NCBI GenBank assembly: GCA_963714095.1
Contig: OY970230.1
Span: 596,084-660,083, forward strand
DNA: 64,000 bases
Direction of reading: 5' to 3'
Source: Candidatus Gottesmanbacteria bacterium
GTDB taxonomy: Bacteria; Patescibacteriota; Microgenomatia; UBA10105; UBA927
The notes below the pieces were generated by a model. That model worked only from the letters and a program-made list of their open reading frames with translations. It ran no database searches and was not told where the DNA came from. Positions 8,718 to 18,061 of the stretch are shown here, in pieces. Every line of letters starts with the position of its first letter. The first letter of the stretch is position 1. The position numbers and the translations under genes were made by a program.

Positions 8718-9074
8718 ATGCATAACAACCTGTTAACACAAAATTTAACGTTGCCGGGGGTGACCGGATCCATTAAGGGGCCCCTCGGTACACTCGGAGG
8801 ATCATCCATAGGGTCCAATTTTACCATCGGGGGCATTCTATCCGCTGCAATTCCTTTAGTTTTTGCCTTTGCAGGTTTAGGGTTACTTTTAATGCTGATT
8901 TCCGCCGGCTACGCGTTTTTAACGAGTGCAGGAGACGCCAAAAAAATGGAACAGGGGAAATCCCGGCTCACCAATGCGCTGGTCGGATTCATTCTTGTAT
9001 TTGCCGCGTACTGGATCGTCCAGCTTACCGGCAACATCTTCGGACTTCAGTCTATTACCACCATCTTCAAATAA
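8718..9074 (+). CDS. T4SS pilin-like protein (VirB2/TrbC-like, CPR type)
   Basis: 118 aa with two hydrophobic segments and the motif LISAGYAFLTSAGDAKKMEQGKSRLTNALVGFILV shared with the other pilin paralogs. Starts 5 nt after the preceding gene. Confidence 0.6.
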   Translation: MHNNLLTQNLTLPGVTGSIKGPLGTLGGSSIGSNFTIGGILSAAIPLVFAFAGLGLLLMLISAGYAFLTSAGDAKKMEQGKSRLTNALVGFILVFAAYWIVQLTGNIFGLQSITTIFK

Positions 9075-9746
9075 TTATTTTCCGAACCGGCGTTGCCGGC
9101 GATTAAATTCTTCAATCGCTTCATCTAAACGCGCGGGGGTAAAATCCGGCATATACCACGGCGGAAAATAGAGTTCACTATAGACACTCTGCCACGGTAA
9201 AAACCCGCTCAAACGCTGTTCCCCGCCCGTGCGGATAACTAAATCCGGATCCGGAATCCCTTTGGTATCTAATAATTGAAAAAATGTCGTTTCCGTAACG
9301 GTTTTCGGATCGGAAATTTTGTGTATTGCGCGGACTATCTCATCTCTCCCGCCATAATTTAACCCAATCGTCAGAACTATTCTTTTATTATGCTTGGTTT
9401 TTTCCACCACGGAAGCAATCCCGCGTCGGAGCCCCTCATCAATTCTCGATAGATCGCCTATAATTCTCAGCTGTACTCCTTTTTTCAGCATACGTTTCCC
9501 GAATATCGGCAAACCCTGCTTTAAAATACGCATAATACCCGCGACTTCATCCGTCGCGCGATTCCAATTCTCCGTAGAAAACGCCCACATGGTTACATAC
9601 CCGATGCCGCGGTCTGCCGCATGTTCAACTAATTTTTCCAATACGATATTTGCGACCCTGCGGTGCCCTTCCAAAATGGGAAGTCTATGCTTTTGTGCCC
9701 ACCGGCGGTTCCCGTCCATAATAATTGCGATATGTTTTGGAATCAT
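9075..9746 (-). CDS. uppS: isoprenyl transferase / undecaprenyl-diphosphate synthase
   Basis: HIAIIMDGNRRWA ... AFSTENW ... cis-prenyltransferase signature motifs. Confidence 0.9.
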   Translation of the reverse strand: MIPKHIAIIMDGNRRWAQKHRLPILEGHRRVANIVLEKLVEHAADRGIGYVTMWAFSTENWNRATDEVAGIMRILKQGLPIFGKRMLKKGVQLRIIGDLSRIDEGLRRGIASVVEKTKHNKRIVLTIGLNYGGRDEIVRAIHKISDPKTVTETTFFQLLDTKGIPDPDLVIRTGGEQRLSGFLPWQSVYSELYFPPWYMPDFTPARLDEAIEEFNRRQRRFGK

Positions 9747-10654
9747 ATGAGACGCGCTCCCTGCGCGGGTTTATTTACAATTATTTTCCGGTTTCTAAAA
9801 AGTCCCGTTACCTTTTTTTCATCATTGCCTTCACACATGATGTGCACGTTTGGCCCCGCATCAATGGTAAAATATGCAGGTATTCCGCTTTTTTTTATAT
9901 CATGCAGCACTTGTTTTGTACTCTCATTCCAATAATATAATGGCGGGTCTTGCGTCTGCATCACGTGATGCATATCCAGACACTCTTCTTCAATTACGTC
10001 TCCAAATGCCTGAAAATTCTTCTCGTGCAATGCCTGTTCTAATCTCCGGATGCGATCCGGCAAGACTTTGAGGCGTTTTGTAAAAAATGGGCTAGTGTTC
10101 ACCCGATCGTGCCCTTCTGATGAAGAAATCTTTTTAGTATTTTTATCAACAACCACAAGAATATCCCGAATATCCCAGTACTCAGGCGGATACAGAGAGT
10201 ATGCATATTCCCCCTCCCATTTTACAAACCCATCAGGGATGCTGCGGCATGCGGAACCGGACCCTAAACGTGCGAGGCCCGTTAATTCTTTTTCAGAATA
10301 TTTCAATCCCAGTGCTGCTGCCCCCGCCATGGTAAGAGCAGCAAAGCCCGATGCGGATGACGCGATCCCGGCCGATGCGGGAAAAGAATTTTTCGTAGAA
10401 ATTCTTACCCGAAGCACGACGCCTGCCCGCGCCCGAAGCATATCCACCTGCGCCAGTATTCGTTTCTTATCAAACCCTTCCGAAACAATATCCTGTTCAA
10501 AGTGTGGTGAAAATTCAACCGTCGTTGTTGTCGTACATGCACTTATATTCATCGAAATCGAGGGGTTATACGGAAGCCTGAGCTTTGCATCTTTTTTACC
10601 CCAATATTTGATAAACGCGATGTTTGCCGGTGCAATGGCCGTTGCTTTCATCAT
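9743..10654 (-). CDS. diphosphomevalonate decarboxylase
   Basis: NIAFIKYWGKKD...LPYNPSISM N-terminus and a GHMP-fold body typical of MVD. 4-nt overlap with uppS. Confidence 0.8.
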   Translation of the reverse strand: MMKATAIAPANIAFIKYWGKKDAKLRLPYNPSISMNISACTTTTTVEFSPHFEQDIVSEGFDKKRILAQVDMLRARAGVVLRVRISTKNSFPASAGIASSASGFAALTMAGAAALGLKYSEKELTGLARLGSGSACRSIPDGFVKWEGEYAYSLYPPEYWDIRDILVVVDKNTKKISSSEGHDRVNTSPFFTKRLKVLPDRIRRLEQALHEKNFQAFGDVIEEECLDMHHVMQTQDPPLYYWNESTKQVLHDIKKSGIPAYFTIDAGPNVHIMCEGNDEKKVTGLFRNRKIIVNKPAQGARLI

Positions 10655-12012
10655 AAAATTCCGATCTCGCGGAGCGTCTGCTCTCCCGCTTTGGTCATAT
10701 GTAACGCCTTACTGGCTACTAATAGCCGAATTTCGCGGGGATCAAAAAATTTTATCTCCGACACTTCTTGTGCGTCGGGTTGAAACGGACCATCGCTCAA
10801 TCCCCGATATAAGGCCGCCCGCTCTGTTTCCTGATCGTCCCCCGTAATAAATTTTTTTATAAACGTAAGCGGCACGTCAACACCCAACTCTTCCCGAAGC
10901 TCGCGGTGCACCGCTTCTTCGTCGGTCTGGCCGCGGGTCACATGTCCGGCAGCCGATATGCCCCACAATCCGGCTTCCATATCTTTCGTTGCGCTGCGTT
11001 TCTGAAGCAACAATTTACCTTTTGCATCATAGATGAGCGCGCCGACGGTCCGGTGAATAAAAGACGGGTTGTGATGACATTCATACCGGGTTTTGTATCC
11101 GAGAACGTGATCGTCTCTGTCCACAACTATAAATACCTCTTCCTGATTATCCGTCGTTTCGACTCTCACGCCTGCTGCATTTGGCTTCACATGAACGACT
11201 TCGCCGCCCGCATGCGCGATCGCCTCTTCCACCGCTTTTCGCTTATCTGGCGCGGCTATGGCAACCATGCAATCTCCCCCGCCGGCGCCAGATAACTTCG
11301 CGCCGTACGCCCCTGCGTCTCTGGCTGCTTTAATCATTGCCTCCAATTTTTCCGAACTCACACCCAAGTCGCGGAGGTAATCCTGATTAAAATCCATGAG
11401 TCTCCCAACGCGCTCCCAATCGCCCTCAATCATTTTATTTTTTGCTTCATCAACAATTTTTCCGATGGCCGCGAATATACGCCCGACTTTCTCCGGCTCT
11501 TGGGCGTATTTTGCGGCAACAGCATCGATAAAGGTTTTTGTATTTGCTTTCACACCGGTATACCCAACTATGAGTGGCATGTCGGGCACGGCAAGCGGTT
11601 CAATAACCTTCCCGCCTTTGACAAAATACAGTGTTCCACCAAACACTGCCGCGGCGATATCAAATCCCGACCCTGCCCCCTGAATATCCAGGATAATTTT
11701 GTACGCCATGTCAAACACACTCAGGTTTGACGCATCGGGTTTCAACGCTTTAAGCGTTGCCACGGTAACTGCGGAGGAGGAACCAAATCCGTAGCAACCT
11801 GTAAATGAACTCTTTATAGAAAATTTCACTTCACGAGTATCTCCCCACGCGTGGATTGCTGCATCAACAAATCTGCGATCGGCACACATATCATCTATCT
11901 GTGAAACCGTAACTTCCAAACGCTGTGAAATCGCGGTGACCAGACATGGATAGCCATACACGACTGCGTGTTCTCCAAATAGCATGAGTTTCCCCGGTGC
12001 GCTGATAGTCAT
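10651..12012 (-). CDS. GHMP kinase (phosphomevalonate/mevalonate kinase) fused to C-terminal Nudix isopentenyl-diphosphate isomerase (IDI type 1)
   Basis: N-terminus APGKLMLFGEHAVVYG plus a GHMP ATP motif (GFGSSSA). The C-terminal 150 aa carry a Nudix box (GHVTRGQTDEEAVHRELREELG) and HRTVGALIYD, as in IDI-1. The start is trimmed to MTISAPGKL, giving an ATGA 4-nt overlap with the upstream kinase. Confidence 0.7.
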   Translation of the reverse strand: MTISAPGKLMLFGEHAVVYGYPCLVTAISQRLEVTVSQIDDMCADRRFVDAAIHAWGDTREVKFSIKSSFTGCYGFGSSSAVTVATLKALKPDASNLSVFDMAYKIILDIQGAGSGFDIAAAVFGGTLYFVKGGKVIEPLAVPDMPLIVGYTGVKANTKTFIDAVAAKYAQEPEKVGRIFAAIGKIVDEAKNKMIEGDWERVGRLMDFNQDYLRDLGVSSEKLEAMIKAARDAGAYGAKLSGAGGGDCMVAIAAPDKRKAVEEAIAHAGGEVVHVKPNAAGVRVETTDNQEEVFIVVDRDDHVLGYKTRYECHHNPSFIHRTVGALIYDAKGKLLLQKRSATKDMEAGLWGISAAGHVTRGQTDEEAVHRELREELGVDVPLTFIKKFITGDDQETERAALYRGLSDGPFQPDAQEVSEIKFFDPREIRLLVASKALHMTKAGEQTLREIGIL

Positions 12013-12902
12013 ATCTTTTTTTCCAATCTGATTCCCTCTTCCCCTAATATAATCGGTAAATTTCTTTTCGGCGGATGATGAGAATAACACAAAAGATATC
12101 CAACGCCCTCCGTCTTTCCGCCTCCGCCAAGAATTTTCGCCGCACCCCCGCTTTTTTCAATACTTCGAATAACAGGAATAACTTTTTTACTTACCACACC
12201 AATTTCTTCCAAAGTCTGTTCTCCTTTTTGTATGGCGTCTATAAGCATTTTTTCATCTCCTTCTTTCAGGGCAACAGCAACCCTCTTTGTCTGGATCTCA
12301 TTTTCATTAAGAAACTCTTGGAGGTTCTTTTGGTTTTTAACAAATGCAACCATTTCACCCGTGGTTTCCTTCGGCCTGCCGGTATCAATGAGGGAAAAAT
12401 GATTCAGCGCAGGTGAAAACTTCAACGGCAACTGCCACATGCTTTTTAAAAATTCCAGTTCTTTCCGATACCATAGAAATTCACCCATGGTGACCGCCGT
12501 ATTATCCCCGCCCGACGGGTTACCATGCTGTTTTTTTTCCACCTCGTACGCTAATTGATTTATAGCCTGCGGATTCCACACGTTTTTCAGAAAAAGTGTG
12601 AGTGCGCCGACAACCGCAACCGCGACGGCGGCTGACGAACCCAAATGGTATCCCGCTGGAATATCCGACGTGATGGTGATTTTCACTTCTGGCAGATGCG
12701 GAAGTTTGTATTCTTTTGCCAAAAATTTTACGGCGTATCGGACATAGTCCGTGGGTTCGGTCGAAATAATCTCCAGCATTTCCGCCGGTCCGACACGCAC
12801 TGAAAGCCTGCGGTTGATTGCCGCCAAAAGTGCCGGCTTACCATATACCACCGCATGCTCACCCATCAAATAAATCTTACCCGGAACAGAAACTTTTACC
12901 AT
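12009..12902 (-). CDS. GHMP kinase, mevalonate kinase-like
   Basis: VPGKIYLMGEHAVVYG N-terminal motif and GHMP ATP motif (GSSAAVAVAV). Confidence 0.75.
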   Translation of the reverse strand: MVKVSVPGKIYLMGEHAVVYGKPALLAAINRRLSVRVGPAEMLEIISTEPTDYVRYAVKFLAKEYKLPHLPEVKITITSDIPAGYHLGSSAAVAVAVVGALTLFLKNVWNPQAINQLAYEVEKKQHGNPSGGDNTAVTMGEFLWYRKELEFLKSMWQLPLKFSPALNHFSLIDTGRPKETTGEMVAFVKNQKNLQEFLNENEIQTKRVAVALKEGDEKMLIDAIQKGEQTLEEIGVVSKKVIPVIRSIEKSGGAAKILGGGGKTEGVGYLLCYSHHPPKRNLPIILGEEGIRLEKKI

Positions 12903-12903
12903 A

Positions 12904-13224
12904 TCAGATAGGTTTCACTTTAACACCGTACGGGATAATGCCTTCTGTTGTCGGCTCAGAAATGCGGCGGACGATTACCTTCACCCGTCGTCCGTCCGCT
13001 ATATCTTCTTCACTCCAATCCACAAGCTGTGCTGTAATTCTTCCACCACCGACTAAGTCTACGATGACAACCGGATACGGCGCGAGATTGGAAAAACCAG
13101 CAGGCGGCACACGGATGACCGTCCATGAAACAATAGTTCCCTCGCGGCCAAGCATACCCGCAATATATTTCTGGTTTCTCCAAATTTTCACCGGACTCTG
13201 AATATTCATAAATAGAAACGACAA
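12904..13224 (-). CDS. DUF35-like OB-fold protein (putative scaffold of thiolase/HMG-CoA synthase complex)
   Basis: 106-aa ORF immediately downstream of thiolase and HMG-CoA synthase, as in the archaeal thiolase/HMGCS/DUF35 arrangement. OB-fold-like sequence, with no zinc ribbon detected. Confidence 0.5.
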   Translation of the reverse strand: MSFLFMNIQSPVKIWRNQKYIAGMLGREGTIVSWTVIRVPPAGFSNLAPYPVVIVDLVGGGRITAQLVDWSEEDIADGRRVKVIVRRISEPTTEGIIPYGVKVKPI

Positions 13225-13234
13225 ATATAACTTA

Positions 13235-14374
13235 TTATTTTTTTAATATGTGCACCACCGCCGTGGCTCCGCTCCCGCCGACATTATGTGCTAAACCGAT
13301 CTTCGCTCCTTTTGCCTGACGAACACCGGCCCGACCCCGCAGCTGCTCGACCAACTCCACGACCTGTTTTATACCCGTGGCTCCCACCGGATGTCCGCAT
13401 CCTTTCAACCCGCCGGAGGGGTTGACAACTAAATGCCGAGACGTTCCGAGTTTTGTTTCCCCAACTGCAATTGCATCTGCCGCTTTTCCTTTAGCAAAAA
13501 ATCCCAAATCTTCCATCGCAAGTATTTCGGCAATAGTAAAGCAGTCATGAACCTCCGCAACATCCACGTCGTCGGGTGCAATGCCGGCATTAGCATATGC
13601 GTGTTTTCCTGCTTCTTTTGTTGCGCAGAGCTGTATTAAAGATTTCCGCTGGGCAAGACCCAATGAATCCGTCGCAACAGTACTTGCGGCTATCGTTACG
13701 GCATGCGTAGATTTTCTATTGGTTACCACAACAGCCGCGGCACCATCTGAGATGGGCGAACAATCCAAAAGCCGCAGCGGATCAGCGATGCGAGAACTTT
13801 TTAAGACTTGTTCGGCGGTGATTGTTGTATGAAACTGTGCATTGGGGTTGAGCGATGCATGATAATGGTTTTTGACGGCAACGGCTGCCAGTTCCTCCCG
13901 CGTCGTACCGTATACTTTCATGTGTGCACGGGCGAGAATTGCATACAAACCGGGAAATGTTGCTCCTGCTGCCCGCTCTTCTTCCGATCCTGCCCCCATG
14001 AGAGCCGTTGCTACGTCTTCGGGTTTATGGTCCGTCATTTTTTCAACTCCCAAAACTACGACGGTGTCATACTGACCGGATAAAACGCTGTTTACCGCAT
14101 TGTGAAGGGCCAATCCTCCCGATGCACATGCTCCCTCTATCTTAAATGCGGGAACGGTAAGCCCCACTTCTTCCGCAAAAAATGCGCCCAGGTGTTCCTG
14201 CCCGCCCAACATGCCAGACAGCATATTCCCAACAAATAACGCCTGTACACGTTTGATAGACACATCAGCATCCGTGAGTGCGCCTCCGACTGCCTCACGC
14301 GCAAGACTGCGGGGTGAAGCCGCCCATAATTCACCGAATTTTGTTGTTGCCGCTCCTGTTATATATACTCTCAT
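13235..14374 (-). CDS. acetyl-CoA C-acetyltransferase (thiolase, archaeal-type)
   Basis: Thiolase fold with active-site Cys context (IEGACASG) and a C-terminal GHP(V)GATG motif. Confidence 0.85.
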   Translation of the reverse strand: MRVYITGAATTKFGELWAASPRSLAREAVGGALTDADVSIKRVQALFVGNMLSGMLGGQEHLGAFFAEEVGLTVPAFKIEGACASGGLALHNAVNSVLSGQYDTVVVLGVEKMTDHKPEDVATALMGAGSEEERAAGATFPGLYAILARAHMKVYGTTREELAAVAVKNHYHASLNPNAQFHTTITAEQVLKSSRIADPLRLLDCSPISDGAAAVVVTNRKSTHAVTIAASTVATDSLGLAQRKSLIQLCATKEAGKHAYANAGIAPDDVDVAEVHDCFTIAEILAMEDLGFFAKGKAADAIAVGETKLGTSRHLVVNPSGGLKGCGHPVGATGIKQVVELVEQLRGRAGVRQAKGAKIGLAHNVGGSGATAVVHILKK

Positions 14375-14385
14375 AAAGGTTTCAT

Positions 14386-15429
14386 TTAAATCTTGTGTGT
14401 CTGCTTCAGATACCCAACGTAATCCACATATTGTTTTTTCACGATCTGCTGGGTAACCAGCTCATGGCGTTTTTCACGATTTTTTTGCGTACGCGCCAAT
14501 TCCGGCGTTGTCTCCCAGATAAACGCATCGCTTCCTGCCCCGGACCCATACGACACCATGAAAATTTTTTCTCCCGGTTTGGCACTGTCCAGTACCGAAG
14601 CAAGACCAAGCATGGCGGATGCGGAATACGGATTGCCGATGTAATCCACAGTAAGAGACGCTGATAATTGTTCTTTGCTAAAGCCGAGCCTCCTGGCCGC
14701 ATCCCTCGGAAACTTCCCGTTGGGCATATGGAATACGCAATAATCGAAATCTTCAGGCTTCATATGGGTTTTCGTCAACAGCCGGGTTGCGGCCCCCATC
14801 ACATGGGCAAAATAGGCAGGCTCTCCGGTAAAGCGCCCGGCATGGGAAGGATATCTGATGCCGTCACGGCGCCAAAAATCCGGTGTGTCCGAAGAATAAG
14901 ACGTATATGAAAGAAGTTTTGCAAGTATGTCCTCTTTGCCCATAAGGTATGCGACGCCTGCGGCCGCAGACGTATACTCCAGGGCGTCATGGGGTTTGCT
15001 TTGCGCGGTATCCGCCCCGACTGCCAACCCGCAGCGTATATGTCCGGATCCGATAAGTCCCGCAATCGCCTGCATACCTGCCGTTGCCGCCTTACAGGCA
15101 AACTCCATATCCGCCGCCAGATAATTATGTCCGATTCCGAGTAGTTCTCCGACAATCGTTGACGTGGGATTCACGGCATACGGATGACTTTCACTCCCGA
15201 CAAACAGCGCTTCTATATCTAGTCGTCTACCGCGAAAAGAGAGAAGGCTTTGGAATGCAGCTTCCAGGGCTATGGAAACGGCATCCTCATCAGTCCCGGG
15301 AACCGACTTTTCTTCTATCCCTAACGACCCCACGACCTCGCGGGGGTCTTTTTTCCACGCAAGAGCGATATCGGCGAGTTTAATCCGATACACAGGAATA
15401 TATGTGCCGTATGAAACGATCCCGACCAT
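14386..15429 (-). CDS. hydroxymethylglutaryl-CoA synthase (archaeal-type)
   Basis: VGIVSYGTYIP N-terminus, catalytic Cys region and overall HMGCS/KAS-III fold. Operon position upstream of thiolase. Confidence 0.85.
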   Translation of the reverse strand: MVGIVSYGTYIPVYRIKLADIALAWKKDPREVVGSLGIEEKSVPGTDEDAVSIALEAAFQSLLSFRGRRLDIEALFVGSESHPYAVNPTSTIVGELLGIGHNYLAADMEFACKAATAGMQAIAGLIGSGHIRCGLAVGADTAQSKPHDALEYTSAAAGVAYLMGKEDILAKLLSYTSYSSDTPDFWRRDGIRYPSHAGRFTGEPAYFAHVMGAATRLLTKTHMKPEDFDYCVFHMPNGKFPRDAARRLGFSKEQLSASLTVDYIGNPYSASAMLGLASVLDSAKPGEKIFMVSYGSGAGSDAFIWETTPELARTQKNREKRHELVTQQIVKKQYVDYVGYLKQTHKI

Positions 15430-16571
15430 TATGTCCCTCCCCTTCCAAGTTGTTGATGTGCTTTTGCCAGCGAACCTTCTTCAAGCGACGATAACAGCGA
15501 TATCTCTCCTGCAAGCACAGCACCAGCTATAATCTCCGCGAGACGCTGTGCATTTTTTCCGTTATTCCCTCCTGCTACTCCCAAAAGAGAAAGTGCTTCG
15601 AGTTGTGTCACTAACCCAGTGCCACCCCCCACCGTCCCCACCATTAAGTCCGGTAGATGGATACTGACATACAAATTATTTCCATTAACTACCTCTGCAG
15701 TCGTAATACCCAAACTTCCTTCCCCAACATGCGCTATGTCTTGTCCGGTCGCAAGAAACAGTGCCGCAATGACATTCGCATACTGTGCATTGAATCCCAT
15801 AGATCCACTCATAGCGCTCCCCAATATACATTTTGCAAACCATGTTTCATAGGCTTTTTTTGCGGTAGTTTTGAGTACCCGTGTTAATACCGATGAGGGT
15901 AATGTTACCTCTGCCCAAACTTTAATACCGCGACCGTTGATAAAATTCTGCCACGAAGGTTTCTTATCTACGCAATAATTGCCGGATAAAGCGAGGCATT
16001 CTGCACCAGTTACTTTCTCAATATACGTAACAGCAGCATCTGTCGCGATAGTCACCATATTTAATCCCATCGCGTCTTGTGTATCGTAAACAAAGCGGAC
16101 ATACCGGTACTTCCCAACACCCTGGGAACTGATTTTTTTCAACGTCAGGTGATGTGATGTTTTTTCAGTTAGCTCTTTAATTTCATTAAAATGCGTTTCA
16201 ATAAATTCATTCAATTGTTTATTTTCTTCGAGATTTCTTACTTTAAATACCGGACCCCGGGTTGCACCAACCCGATAAGAATCGACCGCGGCTCCTCCCG
16301 CCTCTGTTATCGCCTTACACCCGCGGTTCACGGATGCAACAAGCGCGCCTTCAGTCGTTGCCAAAGGAATATAATATTCCCTATCATTAATCTTTAACGG
16401 TCCGGCAACACCCAGCGGCACCTGAACAACTCCGATCATATTTTCGCAATTCTGCGTGGACGCAACGGACTCGTCAAACGTGAAAGAGCCGATATTTTTT
16501 AAACCAACTCCTGTCTCTTTTTCAAGAGCTTTCCGGCGATCGGAAACCATCTGATAATCCCGTATTTTCAT
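15429..16571 (-). CDS. HMG-CoA reductase
   Basis: ENMIGVVQVPLGVAGPL ... TTEGALVASVNRGCKAI ... DAMGLNMV motifs of HMGR. Confidence 0.85.
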   Translation of the reverse strand: MKIRDYQMVSDRRKALEKETGVGLKNIGSFTFDESVASTQNCENMIGVVQVPLGVAGPLKINDREYYIPLATTEGALVASVNRGCKAITEAGGAAVDSYRVGATRGPVFKVRNLEENKQLNEFIETHFNEIKELTEKTSHHLTLKKISSQGVGKYRYVRFVYDTQDAMGLNMVTIATDAAVTYIEKVTGAECLALSGNYCVDKKPSWQNFINGRGIKVWAEVTLPSSVLTRVLKTTAKKAYETWFAKCILGSAMSGSMGFNAQYANVIAALFLATGQDIAHVGEGSLGITTAEVVNGNNLYVSIHLPDLMVGTVGGGTGLVTQLEALSLLGVAGGNNGKNAQRLAEIIAGAVLAGEISLLSSLEEGSLAKAHQQLGRGGT

Positions 16572-17185
16572 ATAAATGGAATTTTAAATATGCCAATTTG
16601 ATACATCACATAACTGTACAGACCGAGCACCGGCACCGTACATGCCAGGACAATGAAAATTTTTCCTAAATTCAGCCGGAGGCTAAATCGGAGTGTGAGA
16701 TATGCAATCGTTGCTTTCCAAAAAAACAGCGTTGCTGAAAATATCAAGAAAAGAATACTGAAGGCGACTCCGGCTGCGCTCGTCGTTCGTGGGGGAGGAA
16801 GAATGACATAGAGAACCGAAGTTGACAAAAACCACGAAAGTGTTCCCAAGAGTGAATATCCCCACAAAACCGCAAGGCCTTTCAGATTTCCCTGAGCCCC
16901 GACCAGTTTTCCCACTGTCCAGAAAAGAGCAACGGTAAGAATGTATGTTATCCCCGTGGCGGCGGCAAGAACGATAAACTGGCGGGAAAGTAAAAATGGC
17001 CGGAACGAAGCTACTTTCACGATGGACGCGAAAACAAAATACACCGAAAGCAAAAGTGCTACGTATATGAGCTCTCCCGCCTTGCCGCGGTCAACAATTT
17101 TCCTACACGTTTCATACGGTCGGGTTACAAGGCCGGCAACATTGTGTATAAACGCAACAAGCGCGACAATAAGCGATGTTTCCAT
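16568..17185 (-). CDS. hypothetical polytopic membrane protein
   Basis: 205-aa ORF with 5-6 predicted TM helices. 4-nt overlap with the HMGR gene start, suggesting the same operon. Confidence 0.5.
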   Translation of the reverse strand: METSLIVALVAFIHNVAGLVTRPYETCRKIVDRGKAGELIYVALLLSVYFVFASIVKVASFRPFLLSRQFIVLAAATGITYILTVALFWTVGKLVGAQGNLKGLAVLWGYSLLGTLSWFLSTSVLYVILPPPRTTSAAGVAFSILFLIFSATLFFWKATIAYLTLRFSLRLNLGKIFIVLACTVPVLGLYSYVMYQIGIFKIPFI

Positions 17186-17212
17186 GTATACGTATTAGTC
17201 GTAAGACGTAGA

Positions 17213-17443
17213 CTAAAACCCTCGCTGAAGAAGCGACACAAGGAGCGTAACGGCACTCCCCAACAGAAGATACAATCCGATAACCACCACCAGAGAACAG
17301 AGAACCAGTGCCGGCCACGGCATCACTTTCATCCGCCGGACAAACGCTTTATAGAAAGGAGTCAAAGGTCCTAAAGTCTGCGGCGGCAAATCCGTCACTT
17401 CTTCCCACCGCTTTACAAATTTCTGATATGTCGCATTGGTCAT
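17213..17443 (-). CDS. small single-TM protein, possible anti-sigma factor
   Basis: 76 aa, cytoplasmic N-terminus then one TM helix. Overlaps the end of the ECF sigma gene by 4 nt, the usual sigma/anti-sigma arrangement. No ASD motif recognised. Confidence 0.3.
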   Translation of the reverse strand: MTNATYQKFVKRWEEVTDLPPQTLGPLTPFYKAFVRRMKVMPWPALVLCSLVVVIGLYLLLGSAVTLLVSLLQRGF

Positions 17444-17997
17444 AGTGATATAAAATGCTCAACGAATGCTTTGCGCGCGCGGAAAAGCTGTGATTCCGCG
17501 CTTTTGAATGTCATCGTGAGACGCCCTGCTATTTCTGCCACAGACAACCCATCAAGATACTTCAGAAGTAATATTTGCCTGTGGCGCGGTAGAAGACGCG
17601 CGAGGACTGCATGAATCTTTTCTTTAACCAAAACGGCATCCAGTTCTTCTTCGGGGCTTACGATGGGCGAGATAATCGCTTCAAGCTGCGGCATCTGTGA
17701 AAAAACGGCGTGTTTTAATTTCTTTTTCCGGTAATAATCCACGACTTTGTGCTGGCAGATCGAAAACAAAAACGTCTGTATATTGCTCTTTCCCTGAAAA
17801 TCGCGGATAGCCTCCAAAAAAGCATACAGCGTGTCCTGCAAAATCTCCTCGGCGTCGGCAGGGTTGCCGACTTTCCCTGCAATATACCGCGAAAGTTTCG
17901 GCGCATATTTTCTATAAAAAACCAGGAGCGTTTTACGGTCCCGTGAAAGGATCTTTGCAATCATTTCATTGTCGCTGGTAGATCCCGAAGTATTCAT
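17440..17997 (-). CDS. ECF-type RNA polymerase sigma-70 family factor
   Basis: Region 2 (EEILQDTLYAFLEAIRDF...TFLFSICQHKVVDYYR) and region 4 (LLLKYLDGLSVAEIAGRLTMTFKSAESQLFRARKAF). Start trimmed to MNTSGSTSD. The ORF-track N-terminal extension is low-complexity and overlaps the divergent pilin gene. Confidence 0.7.
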   Translation of the reverse strand: MNTSGSTSDNEMIAKILSRDRKTLLVFYRKYAPKLSRYIAGKVGNPADAEEILQDTLYAFLEAIRDFQGKSNIQTFLFSICQHKVVDYYRKKKLKHAVFSQMPQLEAIISPIVSPEEELDAVLVKEKIHAVLARLLPRHRQILLLKYLDGLSVAEIAGRLTMTFKSAESQLFRARKAFVEHFISL

Positions 17998-18025
17998 GAG
18001 TAGCAACCTGTAACTATACCACAAA

Positions 18026-18055
18026 TTGACAGTTGCCTCCATTTGCCCATACAAT
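18026..18055 (+). promoter_or_regulatory. sigma-70-like promoter TTGACA-18nt-TACAAT upstream of pilin array
   Basis: Consensus hexamers read directly from the sequence. The -10 ends 6 nt before the ATG at 18062, implying a leaderless or near-leaderless transcript. Confidence 0.4.
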
Positions 18056-18061
18056 AATTTT

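Noticed and set aside
9087-9101. Hairpin ccggcgttgccgg after pilin gene 8718-9074 as a terminator
   Set aside because: It lies inside the uppS coding sequence (opposite strand) and lacks a U-tract. Likely coincidental.
9394-9935. Plus-strand ORFs 9394-9750, 9663-9935, 9725-9940 inside the uppS / MVD genes
   Set aside because: Antisense to well-supported enzyme genes, with low-complexity translations.
12009-12090. 82-nt overlap of the two GHMP kinase ORFs as a possible programmed frameshift/fusion
   Set aside because: An in-frame ATG (MTISAPGKL) gives the downstream kinase a canonical N-terminus and a 4-nt ATGA overlap. No frameshift signal is needed.
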